DNA of 64,000 nt from an uncultured Bacilli bacterium (GCA_934140575.1 CAKPBJ010000001.1:196905-260904), one strand, 5' to 3'; shown: positions 29,630 to 39,753, counted from the first letter of the stretch. The notes: a model not told the origin generated them from the sequence alone. A program made the numbers and translations.

Positions 29630-30454
29630 TTATTTGCACAATATTTTTACATTATTTCTACCTGTTTCTTTTGCATAATATAATTGTTCATCTGCTTCTT
29701 TTATCTTTCTTTCAATAAAAAGATTAGTTTCTTCGTCTGAATTTGGTAGAACAATTTTTTTAGGGACTGTGACAACTCCAGCACTAAATGTTATATTTTC
29801 GTGGCATAATTCCGTACCATTTTTTTGAAATTCATATGTTCTATTTGCTTGTTTTTCTCTTATTTCATTTAGTCTTCTTTCTGTATTTTCTGGTGAAATA
29901 TTTTTTAATAATAAAATTATTTCTTCTCCACCAAATCTATATATCCCATCTTCTGGTCTTCTTTTTGCATTTAGATTTGTATTGTGTCTAGTATTATTTC
30001 TTAAAAAGTTGGCAATATCTTTTAATACTCTATCTCCTTCCATATGGCCATAGGTATCATTTATTCTTTTAAAATGATCAACATCTAACATAACTAATGA
30101 AAAATCCATAGGTAAATACTTGCATATTCTTATATATTCTTGTAGGTCTTCATTTAGTTTTCTTTTTATTGGAATGTTTAATACAGGATCTGTTTCTAAT
30201 TTTTGAATTTCTTTTTTGTATTTTGTGATATCAATAAAATGAGCTACTTCAAGACCATCTTTTGTATAGTGGACTTTTCTTTGATAATATCTTTTTAAAT
30301 CATAATCGAAAAATTCATCATTTGATATTTGTCGAAGATTTGAAAGATACGCTAGTTGTGTGTCATCTTCTGGATAAATAATCATATTGGTTTTAACTTC
30401 TCTAATACACATTAATTTATCAGGTAATAAAGATGCAACTTCTTTAAGATTCAT
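29630..30454 (-). CDS. GGDEF-domain diguanylate cyclase with an N-terminal domain of unknown function
   Basis: The GGEEI active-site motif (RFGGEEIILLL) is present. The RBS GGGAGG precedes the ATG at 30454. Confidence 0.75.
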   Translation of the reverse strand: MNLKEVASLLPDKLMCIREVKTNMIIYPEDDTQLAYLSNLRQISNDEFFDYDLKRYYQRKVHYTKDGLEVAHFIDITKYKKEIQKLETDPVLNIPIKRKLNEDLQEYIRICKYLPMDFSLVMLDVDHFKRINDTYGHMEGDRVLKDIANFLRNNTRHNTNLNAKRRPEDGIYRFGGEEIILLLKNISPENTERRLNEIREKQANRTYEFQKNGTELCHENITFSAGVVTVPKKIVLPNSDEETNLFIERKIKEADEQLYYAKETGRNNVKILCK

Positions 30455-30536
30455 ATTAGTCCTCCCTTTCAGTTGATTCATACTATAGTATATTTATTAT
30501 AAAAAGTAAAGAAATATCAAATTTCTGATATTTCTT

Positions 30537-31877
30537 CTAATAATAAGGCATATTATCTTTAAGAATTTTAATATTCTCTTTTGATGCTTTAATTGTCACT
30601 TCATATGATTCTGTTCCAATACTCATAAATTGTTTATTATTTATTTTATCAATTTCTTTTTTCATGGCTTTCATCACTGTATTAAAATTACTATTATCTT
30701 TAAATAAATGTATACATACTATTTCATCATCACATTCTATTTCTTGAAATTTATAATTTAAGATATCATTATATTTTGCATCTATTTCAATGTCTTCTCT
30801 ATCTTCTACTTCCCATATTATGTTATCGTAGTTTAGAGTAAGAGAATATTTGTCATTCATAGGAATTGTTGTTGTTTGTGATTTATTATATTCTTTGACT
30901 TCTTTATAGTTTAAAGTTGAAACAAGAGTTATACCAATTGATAGACCAAATATTATTAGTGATGTAATAAATATTATAAATATGTTTCTTGTTAGTAGTT
31001 TTTTACTAATTATAAATCTATATATTATATATAATATTAAGACATTAATAACTATTGATGATATAATCATTAAAAATATTCCTATAAATGTTAGACCACT
31101 CTTTATTATCAATAAAGAAAATACTAAGCATACTAATAATGTAATTAATGTAAATAGGAATGTTGTTCCAAATAATAGTACACAACCTTTTATAAATATT
31201 AATGCTATTTTTAATATACCATTGATGAACTTAAATCCTGAATGTTCTTGATCTCTATAGATAATAACTTTTTCTTTTTTAGATATTTTTTCTTCCACAT
31301 CAATATTTTCTGGTAATTCTTTTTTCTTTTCTTCATATTCATAGTAGTCTAAATATCTTGTTTTATAGAGATTAAGCATTATTATTATATCAAGTACAAT
31401 AACTATAGTTATGCTTATAGAACTTATTATGTCAACAATTCTGTAGGCATATTCAAATGGGCTTAATAGTGAATGAAAAATAATGTTTATTATTAATATT
31501 ATGATAGTTGATATTATAAATAATAAGAAAGCAATTTTTGCTTCTTCAAATAGTAATTTACATTTGTCTTTAAAAGACATATTTATAATCATATTAGTAG
31601 AATTCATTATAAACTTTGTAATTTCTTCTATATATTTATTTATATTAATTTTTCTTTCTTTATCTTCTTTTACCTCATTTAAATCTTCATTTAATAATTC
31701 ATCTACTTTAATATTGAATTTTTTACATATTAATAATATTTTATCCATTTCAGGATATGCAATTCCTGACTCCCATTTTGATACTGATTGACGTGATACT
31801 TTTAGTAAATCTGCTAAATCTTCTTGTGATAGATTATTATCTTTTCTAATCTTTCTTAAATTTTCTCCTAAATTCAT
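30537..31877 (-). CDS. XRE-family HTH protein fused to a polytopic membrane domain
   Basis: The N-terminal segment LRKIRKDNNLSQEDLADLLKVSRQSVSKWESG is followed by about 6 TM helices and a C-terminal extracytoplasmic region. The RBS AAAGGAGA lies at the start. Confidence 0.6.
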   Translation of the reverse strand: MNLGENLRKIRKDNNLSQEDLADLLKVSRQSVSKWESGIAYPEMDKILLICKKFNIKVDELLNEDLNEVKEDKERKININKYIEEITKFIMNSTNMIINMSFKDKCKLLFEEAKIAFLLFIISTIIILIINIIFHSLLSPFEYAYRIVDIISSISITIVIVLDIIIMLNLYKTRYLDYYEYEEKKKELPENIDVEEKISKKEKVIIYRDQEHSGFKFINGILKIALIFIKGCVLLFGTTFLFTLITLLVCLVFSLLIIKSGLTFIGIFLMIISSIVINVLILYIIYRFIISKKLLTRNIFIIFITSLIIFGLSIGITLVSTLNYKEVKEYNKSQTTTIPMNDKYSLTLNYDNIIWEVEDREDIEIDAKYNDILNYKFQEIECDDEIVCIHLFKDNSNFNTVMKAMKKEIDKINNKQFMSIGTESYEVTIKASKENIKILKDNMPYY

Positions 31878-32058
31878 ATTTTTTTCTCCTTTCGTTACAA
31901 AAATCATACTAAATCAACTGGTTGCGAACTACCAATTTTTGGTTGTTTTTTGTAAATTATCGGTTGCAATTACATATATATTAATAAATTTTTTATATTT
32001 TTTCAAATATTATTATAAATAAAACTATAATGAATAGTTCATTATAGTTTCGTTATTA

Positions 32059-32217
32059 TTATCTACAATTTGAATTATTATTATTTCCAAAGCCCCAGAA
32101 TAGGAAGAAAATAATTATAATTACTATAAATATTGCCCACCAACCATTATTTCCAAAATTATCATTTGATGTATTACCAGTTGTATATATTGGATATGGG
32201 TATGCATAATTATACAT
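32059..32217 (-). CDS. YjcZ-like small sporulation protein (52 aa; not in the ORF track)
   Basis: The product reads MYNYAYPYPIYTTGNTSNDNFGNNGWWAIFIVIIIIFFLFWGFGNNNNSNCR. It has a Gly/Asn-rich N-terminus, a central hydrophobic helix and a Cys near the C-terminus. The RBS AGGAGA lies 6 nt upstream. Confidence 0.5.
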   Translation of the reverse strand: MYNYAYPYPIYTTGNTSNDNFGNNGWWAIFIVIIIIFFLFWGFGNNNNSNCR

Positions 32218-32266
32218 AAACATTCTCCTTTCATTTTATTATATTAAGAATATTTATGTTTGTTAA

Positions 32267-34042
32267 TTATTCTACTGTTACTGACTTAGCTAAATTTCTT
32301 GGCTTATCAATGTCTAATTTTTTCAAATCACCTACATAGTAGCCTACTAATTGTAGTGGTGGTACTACCAATATTGATTGGAAGTAGTAATTTATTTTTG
32401 GTACTACATATTTGAAGTGATGATTTTTTAGAGTTTCATCATTAGTTATTGTGAATATCTTACCTTGACGTGATTCTACTTCTATTACATTAGATTCAGT
32501 TTTTTCTTTTATACTTTCATCTGTAATAATTGCAAATATTGGGACATTTTTTTCTATTAATGATATTGTTCCATGTTTTAATTCTCCTGCTTGATAGGCA
32601 TCACTATGAGTATAAGATACTTCTTTTAACTTTAAGCTTCCTTCAAGGCAAATTGCATAGTCAATACCACGACCAATATAGAACACATCATGATTTTTGT
32701 ATATTTCTTTAGAGATATTTTTAAATATTTCTTTATCATCTAATATTTTCTTTAATAATTTTGGTAATTCGTTTGCTTCTTTTAGTATAGTTTCATAATC
32801 TTTTTCTAGTCCTTTTTCTTTTGCTGCTTTTAATGAAATAAGTGCAAGTACTGCAACTTGTAGTAAATATGCTTTTGTTGTTGCGACTGCTATTTCTGGT
32901 CCTGCTTCTATAAACATTACATGTTTTGCTTCTCTTGCGATTGTACTTGTTTTTACATTAACTATTGCTAGTGTATCAACTCCATCAGCATGAGCTTTTC
33001 TCATTGCAGCTACTGTATCGGCTGTTTCTCCTGATTGAGATACTAAAATTACTAATGTTTTTCTATCATATATTACCTTTTTATAACGATATTCACTAGC
33101 ACATTCAACATAACATTTTATATTAGCTTTTTCTTCTAAAAGATTTCTTCCAATCATACCAGCATACATTGCACTTCCACAAGCTACTATATGTATTTCT
33201 TCATATTTTGAAACATCAAATACATCTTCCATATTGTTTATATATTTATTTAGTGTTCTTGCGAGTACCATTGGTTCTTCCATTATTTCTTTTAACATAT
33301 AATGTTTATAAGAACCTTTATCTGCTTCTTCTTTTGTTATATTAGCTGATTGAATATCTTTTTTTATCTCTTTACCATCTTTATAGGCTTTTATTTTTTC
33401 ACTTGTTAATTCTACTATTTCATTTTCTTCTAATAGAATATATTTATTTGTATAGTTAATTATTGCCGCTATATCTGAAGCAATATAATTTTCATTTGAA
33501 TTAGTTCCTATAATTAATGGTGAGTCTTTTCTTACTGCGTATAATTTATCTATATCTTCAAACATTATTCCGAAGGCGTATGATCCTTTTATTTCTTCTA
33601 ATGCCTTTGTTATTGCGGTTACTGGGTCACCTTCATAATATTTATTTATAATTGCACAAGCTACTTCTGTGTCTGTATCACTATTAAAATTAACACCTTC
33701 ATTTAATAATTTTTGTTTTAATTCTTCAGCATTTTCTATAATACCATTATGTACTAATGTTACTTTTCCAACTTGATGTGGATGAGCATTCTTTACAGTT
33801 GGCTCTCCATGAGTTGCCCATCTAGTATGAGCTATACCAATATTTCCTTTTAATAACTTTGAATTATGAATTTTTTTCTCTAAGTCTCTTATTCTTCCAA
33901 CACTTTTAATTATTTGTATTTGATTATTCTCTTTTATTGCGATTCCACTTGAATCGTATCCTCTATATTCTAGATTTTTTAGTCCATTTATTAAAAATTC
34001 TTCAGGGCTTTTTTTACCTATATACCCTATTATTCCACACAT
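32267..34042 (-). CDS. glmS: glutamine--fructose-6-phosphate aminotransferase
   Basis: The N-terminus MCGIIGYIG (catalytic Cys2), tandem SIS domains and the C-terminus ...KSVTVE are present. The protein is 591 aa. Confidence 0.9.
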   Translation of the reverse strand: MCGIIGYIGKKSPEEFLINGLKNLEYRGYDSSGIAIKENNQIQIIKSVGRIRDLEKKIHNSKLLKGNIGIAHTRWATHGEPTVKNAHPHQVGKVTLVHNGIIENAEELKQKLLNEGVNFNSDTDTEVACAIINKYYEGDPVTAITKALEEIKGSYAFGIMFEDIDKLYAVRKDSPLIIGTNSNENYIASDIAAIINYTNKYILLEENEIVELTSEKIKAYKDGKEIKKDIQSANITKEEADKGSYKHYMLKEIMEEPMVLARTLNKYINNMEDVFDVSKYEEIHIVACGSAMYAGMIGRNLLEEKANIKCYVECASEYRYKKVIYDRKTLVILVSQSGETADTVAAMRKAHADGVDTLAIVNVKTSTIAREAKHVMFIEAGPEIAVATTKAYLLQVAVLALISLKAAKEKGLEKDYETILKEANELPKLLKKILDDKEIFKNISKEIYKNHDVFYIGRGIDYAICLEGSLKLKEVSYTHSDAYQAGELKHGTISLIEKNVPIFAIITDESIKEKTESNVIEVESRQGKIFTITNDETLKNHHFKYVVPKINYYFQSILVVPPLQLVGYYVGDLKKLDIDKPRNLAKSVTVE

Positions 34043-34064
34043 ATATTTTCCTCCATGACAAAAA

Positions 34065-34235
34065 TTATAGTGTAGATATATTCTTTGTTATAATGTTGAT
34101 TTTACTTTTTACTATATATCTTTACGAATCACTTATCCGTAGTAGTACCCGCCGAATATTTCGATAACTACTAACCTCGTCATCCTATTATGGACCTGGC
34201 GCTTCAATGATTTACTATCCTTTCTACTAACCATC
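34065..34235 (-). ncRNA. glmS ribozyme (GlcN6P-responsive self-cleaving riboswitch) in the glmS 5' UTR
   Basis: The minus strand reads ...AGCGCCAGGUCCAUAAUAGGAUGACGAGGUUAGUAGUUAUCGAAAUAUUCGGCGGGUACUACUACGGAUAAG.... This matches the ribozyme core AGCGCCAG...GACGAGG...GGUUAUCGAAUUUUCGGCGG. Confidence 0.85.
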
Positions 34236-34482
34236 TTATGATAAGTATACTAAAATTATTTATTAAATACAATGTTCTATACCTTTGTTTACAGTGTAGA
34301 ATACATATAAAAGTTTTTTATAGTAAATCTCTTGAATTAATATAAACTTATAAAATTCATGATCGTACTTATATAATAAAGTTCAAAGAACGTTGTCAAT
34401 ATAGAATTATAAATTTTATTTTAATTATATGCATTTATGCAGAAACTTTCCTTATATATAAAAAAAGACAATAGTTATTCTA

Positions 34483-35592
34483 TTATCTTTTGAAATCTTC
34501 TTCTTTAATAATATAGTTTAATTTTTCTGATGTTGATTTCTTATTTTTTATTAATTCATCTTCTGTTTTTGATGATTTACTAATAGTTTTATATTTATTT
34601 TCTATGTTTTGTGAGGAGTTTAAGAATGTTTCTTCTTCGGTTGTGATTGTTTTATTTGTAAGTTTTTCTTGAAGTTCTTTTAGATATTCAGTACTACCTT
34701 TTAATGATAAATAATTATTATCTGTTTTGTAGAATTGATAGTATATTTTATCTTCTTTTGTTACTTTAATGTAGATATTGTAGTCTTTTTTTACTCCTGT
34801 TACTACATTGCAGACTCCTTCTTTTATCGTTCCATTTACTTTTAGAGTTTCTCTTGAATTATAGATTCTTTTTACTAGAGATGTACAAGTTGCTTCATTT
34901 TCACTGTTTTCTTCGAAATATTTTGATTGTTTTGATGGAAAAATCACATTATACATTGATAGAATCATTATTACTAAAAATATTAGGTACATTACTAATG
35001 GAACTATAAAGTTTACTCCTCCATATTTTGCACATAGTTTTTCTATTGTGAAATCATCTTCATAAGAATTCTTTTTCTTTATAAATAGAACTCTTTTTTT
35101 TGCTACAAACTTATATATTGGATTAAATAATAGACCTGATAAAACCATAGTTATTATTGTATAAATAATTATGTGTTCTGGTATTAATTTTATTACTAGA
35201 CCTGTTATTAGTAGGCCTAGAGTTCCTATGATATATAGTTTTCTATATAAGAAATACATCCAGCCAAGTAAAAGAGCATAAATATTTATTTTCTTTTCGG
35301 CTACTGTTTTGTAGTCTTCTCCAATGTAGGATTCTAAAAATCTATCATATTGGAAATCATAGAACTTTTCTTTTTTTGCACTATTATTATTTACATCTGT
35401 TTGAAAGGCTTGTATTTGGATTTCTGGTTCAGTTGTTTCTTCTTTTTCTTCTTTTAATAAATCGTCTTCTAGAATATCATTATTATATTCTTGATAGTTA
35501 TCTGAATTATCTTCTGGATCATTATAGTAGCCACATACAAGACAGAATCTTTCATTTTCTTTTAAATTTTTTCCACACTTTTTACAACGCAT
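34483..35592 (-). CDS. zinc-ribbon membrane protein (N-terminal CxxC...CxxC, 3-4 TM segments, C-terminal extracytoplasmic domain)
   Basis: The N-terminus reads MRCKKCGKNLKENERFCLVCGYY. The ORF is 369 aa. Confidence 0.5.
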   Translation of the reverse strand: MRCKKCGKNLKENERFCLVCGYYNDPEDNSDNYQEYNNDILEDDLLKEEKEETTEPEIQIQAFQTDVNNNSAKKEKFYDFQYDRFLESYIGEDYKTVAEKKINIYALLLGWMYFLYRKLYIIGTLGLLITGLVIKLIPEHIIIYTIITMVLSGLLFNPIYKFVAKKRVLFIKKKNSYEDDFTIEKLCAKYGGVNFIVPLVMYLIFLVIMILSMYNVIFPSKQSKYFEENSENEATCTSLVKRIYNSRETLKVNGTIKEGVCNVVTGVKKDYNIYIKVTKEDKIYYQFYKTDNNYLSLKGSTEYLKELQEKLTNKTITTEEETFLNSSQNIENKYKTISKSSKTEDELIKNKKSTSEKLNYIIKEEDFKR

Positions 35593-35609
35593 AGTATTAC
35601 CTTCCCTTT

Positions 35610-36593
35610 TTAATCTTCTGATAATCTCTCTATGTTAATTGAATGTTCTTTATTGTACTCTTCTATTTGATCTTCAAATAATTTATTGAATTCTGGTAGA
35701 CTTTTTTTAATAACGTCTGGATATATATTTTTACTATTAACAATAGCTTGTCTTATATCAATTATGTTTACTTCACGTCTATTATCAAATAATGCATTTG
35801 AGAATGCTTGTTGAAGTATTGTTAGTGAAACATCTGGGTAACGGGAACCTATTTCATAGATTCTTTTAAATTCACTTGTTATATCTGTGATAAAGGCCAT
35901 TATTCTTTGTTGGATGTATGGAGAATACATTAGTTTTGCACCTGTTCTATATTCTATTTTTGGAAGAGTACCTAGTAATATTTGAATATTTTCTGCTCTT
36001 GTTGGTTCAAAAATTTCTACTTTTTGGAAACGTCTAACAAAAGCTTTATCTCTTAAGATATATCTTTCATATTCTTCTGTTGTTGTTGCTCCTATTACTT
36101 TAATATCACCTCTATCAAGTGCAGGTTTAAACATATTAGCAAAGTCTAGAGCTTCCCCTTTTGTACCCATAAGTGTATGAATTTCATCTATAAATAATAT
36201 TAATTTTGTTTTATCTTTTAATTCATCAATTAATGTTTGTACTTTTGATTCTCCTGTTACTGGATCAGTTCCTAAAAGCGCTGCTGTATTTATTTTAATT
36301 ACTTGATACCCTTTTAATACATCTGGTACTAAGTTTCTTTGAATACGATATGCAAGTCCTTCTACGGTTGCAGTTTTACCAACACCAGGTTTACCTATTA
36401 AAACAGCTGATTTATCAGGTGTTAGTAAGATTAAAATCAATTGTTTTATTTGTTCGTCTCTTCCTATTGCTGGATTCGTTATATAGTTATTCTTTTGAAA
36501 ATTTTCTCCATAATTTTCAAGTATACTAATTCTTTTTTTCTTAATGTCAAACATTTTTTCTGTTTTTTTATCAAATTCTTCTTCTAAGTTCAT
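35610..36593 (-). CDS. stand-alone Clp-type AAA+ D1 module (ClpA/ClpB NBD1-like ATPase without N-domain, M-domain or D2)
   Basis: The sequence GRDEQIKQLILILL...LIGKPGVGKTATVEGLAYRI...LFIDEIHTLMG...GATTTEEYERYILRDKAFVRRFQKVEIFEP is collinear with Clp NBD1. The RBS GGGAGTG precedes the ATG at 36593. Confidence 0.6.
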   Translation of the reverse strand: MNLEEEFDKKTEKMFDIKKKRISILENYGENFQKNNYITNPAIGRDEQIKQLILILLTPDKSAVLIGKPGVGKTATVEGLAYRIQRNLVPDVLKGYQVIKINTAALLGTDPVTGESKVQTLIDELKDKTKLILFIDEIHTLMGTKGEALDFANMFKPALDRGDIKVIGATTTEEYERYILRDKAFVRRFQKVEIFEPTRAENIQILLGTLPKIEYRTGAKLMYSPYIQQRIMAFITDITSEFKRIYEIGSRYPDVSLTILQQAFSNALFDNRREVNIIDIRQAIVNSKNIYPDVIKKSLPEFNKLFEDQIEEYNKEHSINIERLSED

Positions 36594-36630
36594 AGTAACA
36601 CTCCCATAATCTATTTTATTATAGCATATT

Positions 36631-37521
36631 TTATTTTTTCTTAGCAATTTTATTTGGCTTACCATAAGGATTTACGTGAATTACTGTTAAATATATTTCT
36701 TTAAATTTTTCTCCTATTTCTTTTTCTAAATGATTTGCTATTTTATGACTTTCAAATGTTGTTAGGTTTCCATCTACAAATATTGTAAATGATATTTGGT
36801 ATTTATACCCTATTGGTGTTGAATTAAAATGTTGTACTTTTTTTACTTCTTTATGTTCTTTTATAAGGTTTAAAACTTCGTCTTTTGTTTCATTATCAAT
36901 ACTTTTATCCATTAAAACATTATAGCTTTCTCTAAATAATTCTATTGCTGATAGCATTATCCATAATGATATTAAAATACCTACAATTGAGTCTATATAT
37001 TTTACTCCCTGACTTCCTAAAATTATTGATATAAGTGTTAGAGTTGTTACTAACATGTCATTTCTGTGATCAGTTCTATTTGCTTTTATTAAGATATTAT
37101 TTGTCTTTTTATATAAGTAATTTGTATATAGAAATAGACATAATTTAGTTAGAATTGTTACTATACAAACAATAATTAACCATATTGAGTAATTTACTTT
37201 TGTATTATGAATTAATGTATTTATTGCACTTTTAATAACACTGGTACTTAATAATAACATTGTTATACTTATTAATAAACTATAAATATATTCTGCTTTT
37301 CCATGACCTAGGTTGTGATCATCATCTGCTTTTTTTGAACTGATTCTATTTCCTATATAAGTCATTAGTGATGATAATATATCCCCTGCACTATTAAATG
37401 CATCTGCAAGTAATGATTGACTGTTACTAATAATAGCAATTATTCCCTTAATAATTAATAAAAATAAATTACCTATTATTCCTAATAAACTTGCTAATTT
37501 TGTTGCTTTAAATCTGTCCAT
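36631..37521 (-). CDS. cation diffusion facilitator (CDF) family divalent-metal efflux transporter
   Basis: The N-terminus KATKLASLLGIIGNLFLLIIKGIIAIISNSQSLLADAFNSAGD and the HRNDMLV region are present. It has 6 TM helices and a C-terminal cytoplasmic domain. Confidence 0.8.
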   Translation of the reverse strand: MDRFKATKLASLLGIIGNLFLLIIKGIIAIISNSQSLLADAFNSAGDILSSLMTYIGNRISSKKADDDHNLGHGKAEYIYSLLISITMLLLSTSVIKSAINTLIHNTKVNYSIWLIIVCIVTILTKLCLFLYTNYLYKKTNNILIKANRTDHRNDMLVTTLTLISIILGSQGVKYIDSIVGILISLWIMLSAIELFRESYNVLMDKSIDNETKDEVLNLIKEHKEVKKVQHFNSTPIGYKYQISFTIFVDGNLTTFESHKIANHLEKEIGEKFKEIYLTVIHVNPYGKPNKIAKKK

Positions 37522-37529
37522 AATGTCTC

Positions 37530-38636
37530 CTATTCTTTATCTAATAATTCTAAAAATTTATTTAAGTAATTATACCAAATATAAATATTTTTCTTTTTTT
37601 CTGAATATGCCCCTATTTCATCTAATGTATGATTACCACTTTGTTCAAATCTTTCAATACATCTTTTGTAACAAGTATTAATACATGTTCTAATTACAAT
37701 AATATCTCCTTTTAAAATACTTATATCTTTTATATTTCTAAACTGAGCACTATCAATTATAACTAATTTATTAGAGTATTTAAAGTGGTTAATTATACTT
37801 TTATATACTTCATCAAATGATGTGAATAAGTCTGGTAATTCATTATATTTTTTTATTAACATATCATATACTTCTTGATTTACTTTACTTTTAGTTTTGC
37901 ATTTATAGACTTCGTCTGTATCAATTACTATGCAAGATGGATCATTTTTATATTTTTCTGTTTGAGTAGTTTTTCCACTTCCAGACTCTCCAGTAATATT
38001 AAGTACTAAATCATCACTTAAATGTTTTATATATGGATCTTTATCAATATCGATATCAACATAGAGACTTTCTTTATGAAATAATTCTTTTAAAAAGTCT
38101 TTTTTAGTTAGTGTATAGTTATAGCACTCTACTTCTTCTTTGACAAATGTATATTTAATAAATTTTCTTGTATTTTCTCTTTTAAAGCCTAATTTTTCCA
38201 TTAAAGTATAACTTGCTTTATTTTTTATTGCAGCACACGTTTTTATACTTTTTATCTCTACTTCTAAAAACATATATTTTAATACTTCTACTGCTGCTTC
38301 ATAGGCATATCCCATATGTTGATATGGTGGATCAATAAACCAACCTATATCTCTTATATCATCTTCTATTTCTGGTATAGTTATTTGTCCAATTACAGTA
38401 TTATCTTCTTTTAATTCTATTGTCCAAGTAAAATTAGTAGGATTAGTACTATTTTTTAACTTAGACATTTGATATGGCATTTCTTCTTCCCAATTAAAAT
38501 GAAGTTTTGAAGTTAAATAGTATTTATTAACACAATCTATGCATAAAATATTCCATAATTCTTTTAAGTCTTTTTCTTCTGTTTTATGAAGAAGTAGTCT
38601 TTTTGTTTCTAAAGTTTTACTTCCAAGATATTTCAT
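37530..38636 (-). CDS. fusion protein: RimJ/RimL-type GNAT N-acetyltransferase plus a C-terminal P-loop NTPase/kinase-like domain
   Basis: The N-terminal half has the GNAT core (GQITIPEIEDD...IGWFIDPPYQHMGYAYEA). The C-terminal half has Walker A (ITGESGSGKTTQ) followed by an hhhhDTDE segment. Confidence 0.55.
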   Translation of the reverse strand: MKYLGSKTLETKRLLLHKTEEKDLKELWNILCIDCVNKYYLTSKLHFNWEEEMPYQMSKLKNSTNPTNFTWTIELKEDNTVIGQITIPEIEDDIRDIGWFIDPPYQHMGYAYEAAVEVLKYMFLEVEIKSIKTCAAIKNKASYTLMEKLGFKRENTRKFIKYTFVKEEVECYNYTLTKKDFLKELFHKESLYVDIDIDKDPYIKHLSDDLVLNITGESGSGKTTQTEKYKNDPSCIVIDTDEVYKCKTKSKVNQEVYDMLIKKYNELPDLFTSFDEVYKSIINHFKYSNKLVIIDSAQFRNIKDISILKGDIIVIRTCINTCYKRCIERFEQSGNHTLDEIGAYSEKKKNIYIWYNYLNKFLELLDKE

Positions 38637-39151
38637 TACATATCACCTAGGTATTTCATATAATCTAAATTAAGTAAGTCATTACTTTGTTCTTTTATTT
38701 CTTTTAGTAACTTTTCTTTTACATTTAGAACAAGTTCATAATCCGATTCAGTTATATCATTAGTTTTTAGGGCATAGTTTAATTCATCTTCATCTACTAT
38801 ATTTACAATATTTTCTTTATCTATTGTTATATCTAAATATAAGTCTATGAAGTATGGTATTTTTGTTTCTTTATCAAGACCGCTTTCTTTTATAATGTCA
38901 AAGTAATATTCAACTAGTTCTTTTTTATCATTTAAGAATATACGAAGAGCATAGTTTTTATTTTTTGGTACTATTTCTATTACATAATATCCATTATCCA
39001 TTGCGGTAACATTATTTTTTATTATAAATGGTTTAGATAATTTTATTAGTTTTTTTACTACTACATATTTATCTTCTTCATCAAGAAAAAATTTTATTTG
39101 ATACTTTTCTGCTTCATTTAAATAAGTATTACTTAATAGTTTCTTTTTCAT
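38636..39151 (-). CDS. DUF402-like protein (possible Ntdp/YgaC-type nucleoside di/triphosphatase)
   Basis: A C-terminal acidic stretch (IPYFIDLYLDITIDKENIVNIVDEDELNYA) resembles the DUF402 signature. The RBS AGGTGA lies 5 nt before the ATG at 39151. The assignment is tentative. Confidence 0.4.
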   Translation of the reverse strand: MKKKLLSNTYLNEAEKYQIKFFLDEEDKYVVVKKLIKLSKPFIIKNNVTAMDNGYYVIEIVPKNKNYALRIFLNDKKELVEYYFDIIKESGLDKETKIPYFIDLYLDITIDKENIVNIVDEDELNYALKTNDITESDYELVLNVKEKLLKEIKEQSNDLLNLDYMKYLGDM

Positions 39152-39223
39152 AATAATCACCTAAAATGATTATAACATGTTTTATATTAGTATGTTATAA
39201 TACTTTCTTAAGGAAGTGGTTTG

Positions 39224-39703
39224 ATGGAGAAGTTTGTTTTAAGTAAGATGCGTGATAAGAATTTTTCTAAGGCAGTAAATGAAATTTATTTGTTAACTGA
39301 TTATAATAAAAGTCAGTATCCTGAATATTATAAATGGTTTTTTTCTAAGAATATTCCTCGTGTGATTAATGGGAGCGGAGATATTATTTTTTATTTAGAT
39401 GGTTTAGAGATTGCTGGGATTAGTATTTTAAAAAATGATGATGAGAAAAAGTTATGTACTTTTATGGTTAATCCTGAGTATAGAAAGAAAGGTTACTCTA
39501 AGTTGTTATTAGAAGATTCTTTTGAATATTTAAAGACAGAGAAACCTATAATCACAATTCCAGAGTTTAGACTTGATGAGTTTTCTAGTATTATTAATGC
39601 TTATGGATGGGAAGAGTCTTCTATACTTGATAATTATTATTCTAAAGAGATTGAATTTAATGGAGAAAAACAATTAATAAAAAAGATAACAAAAGAAAAG
39701 TAG
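39224..39703 (+). CDS. GNAT family N-acetyltransferase
   Basis: The acetyl-CoA binding motif MVNPEYRKKGYSKLLLE is present. The RBS AAGGAAGTGG lies at the start. Confidence 0.75.
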   Translation: MEKFVLSKMRDKNFSKAVNEIYLLTDYNKSQYPEYYKWFFSKNIPRVINGSGDIIFYLDGLEIAGISILKNDDEKKLCTFMVNPEYRKKGYSKLLLEDSFEYLKTEKPIITIPEFRLDEFSSIINAYGWEESSILDNYYSKEIEFNGEKQLIKKITKEK

Positions 39704-39753
39704 ATTACATTCTTTTTATGTGTCTACTTTTACTTTATCACTTCATTTCTAGT

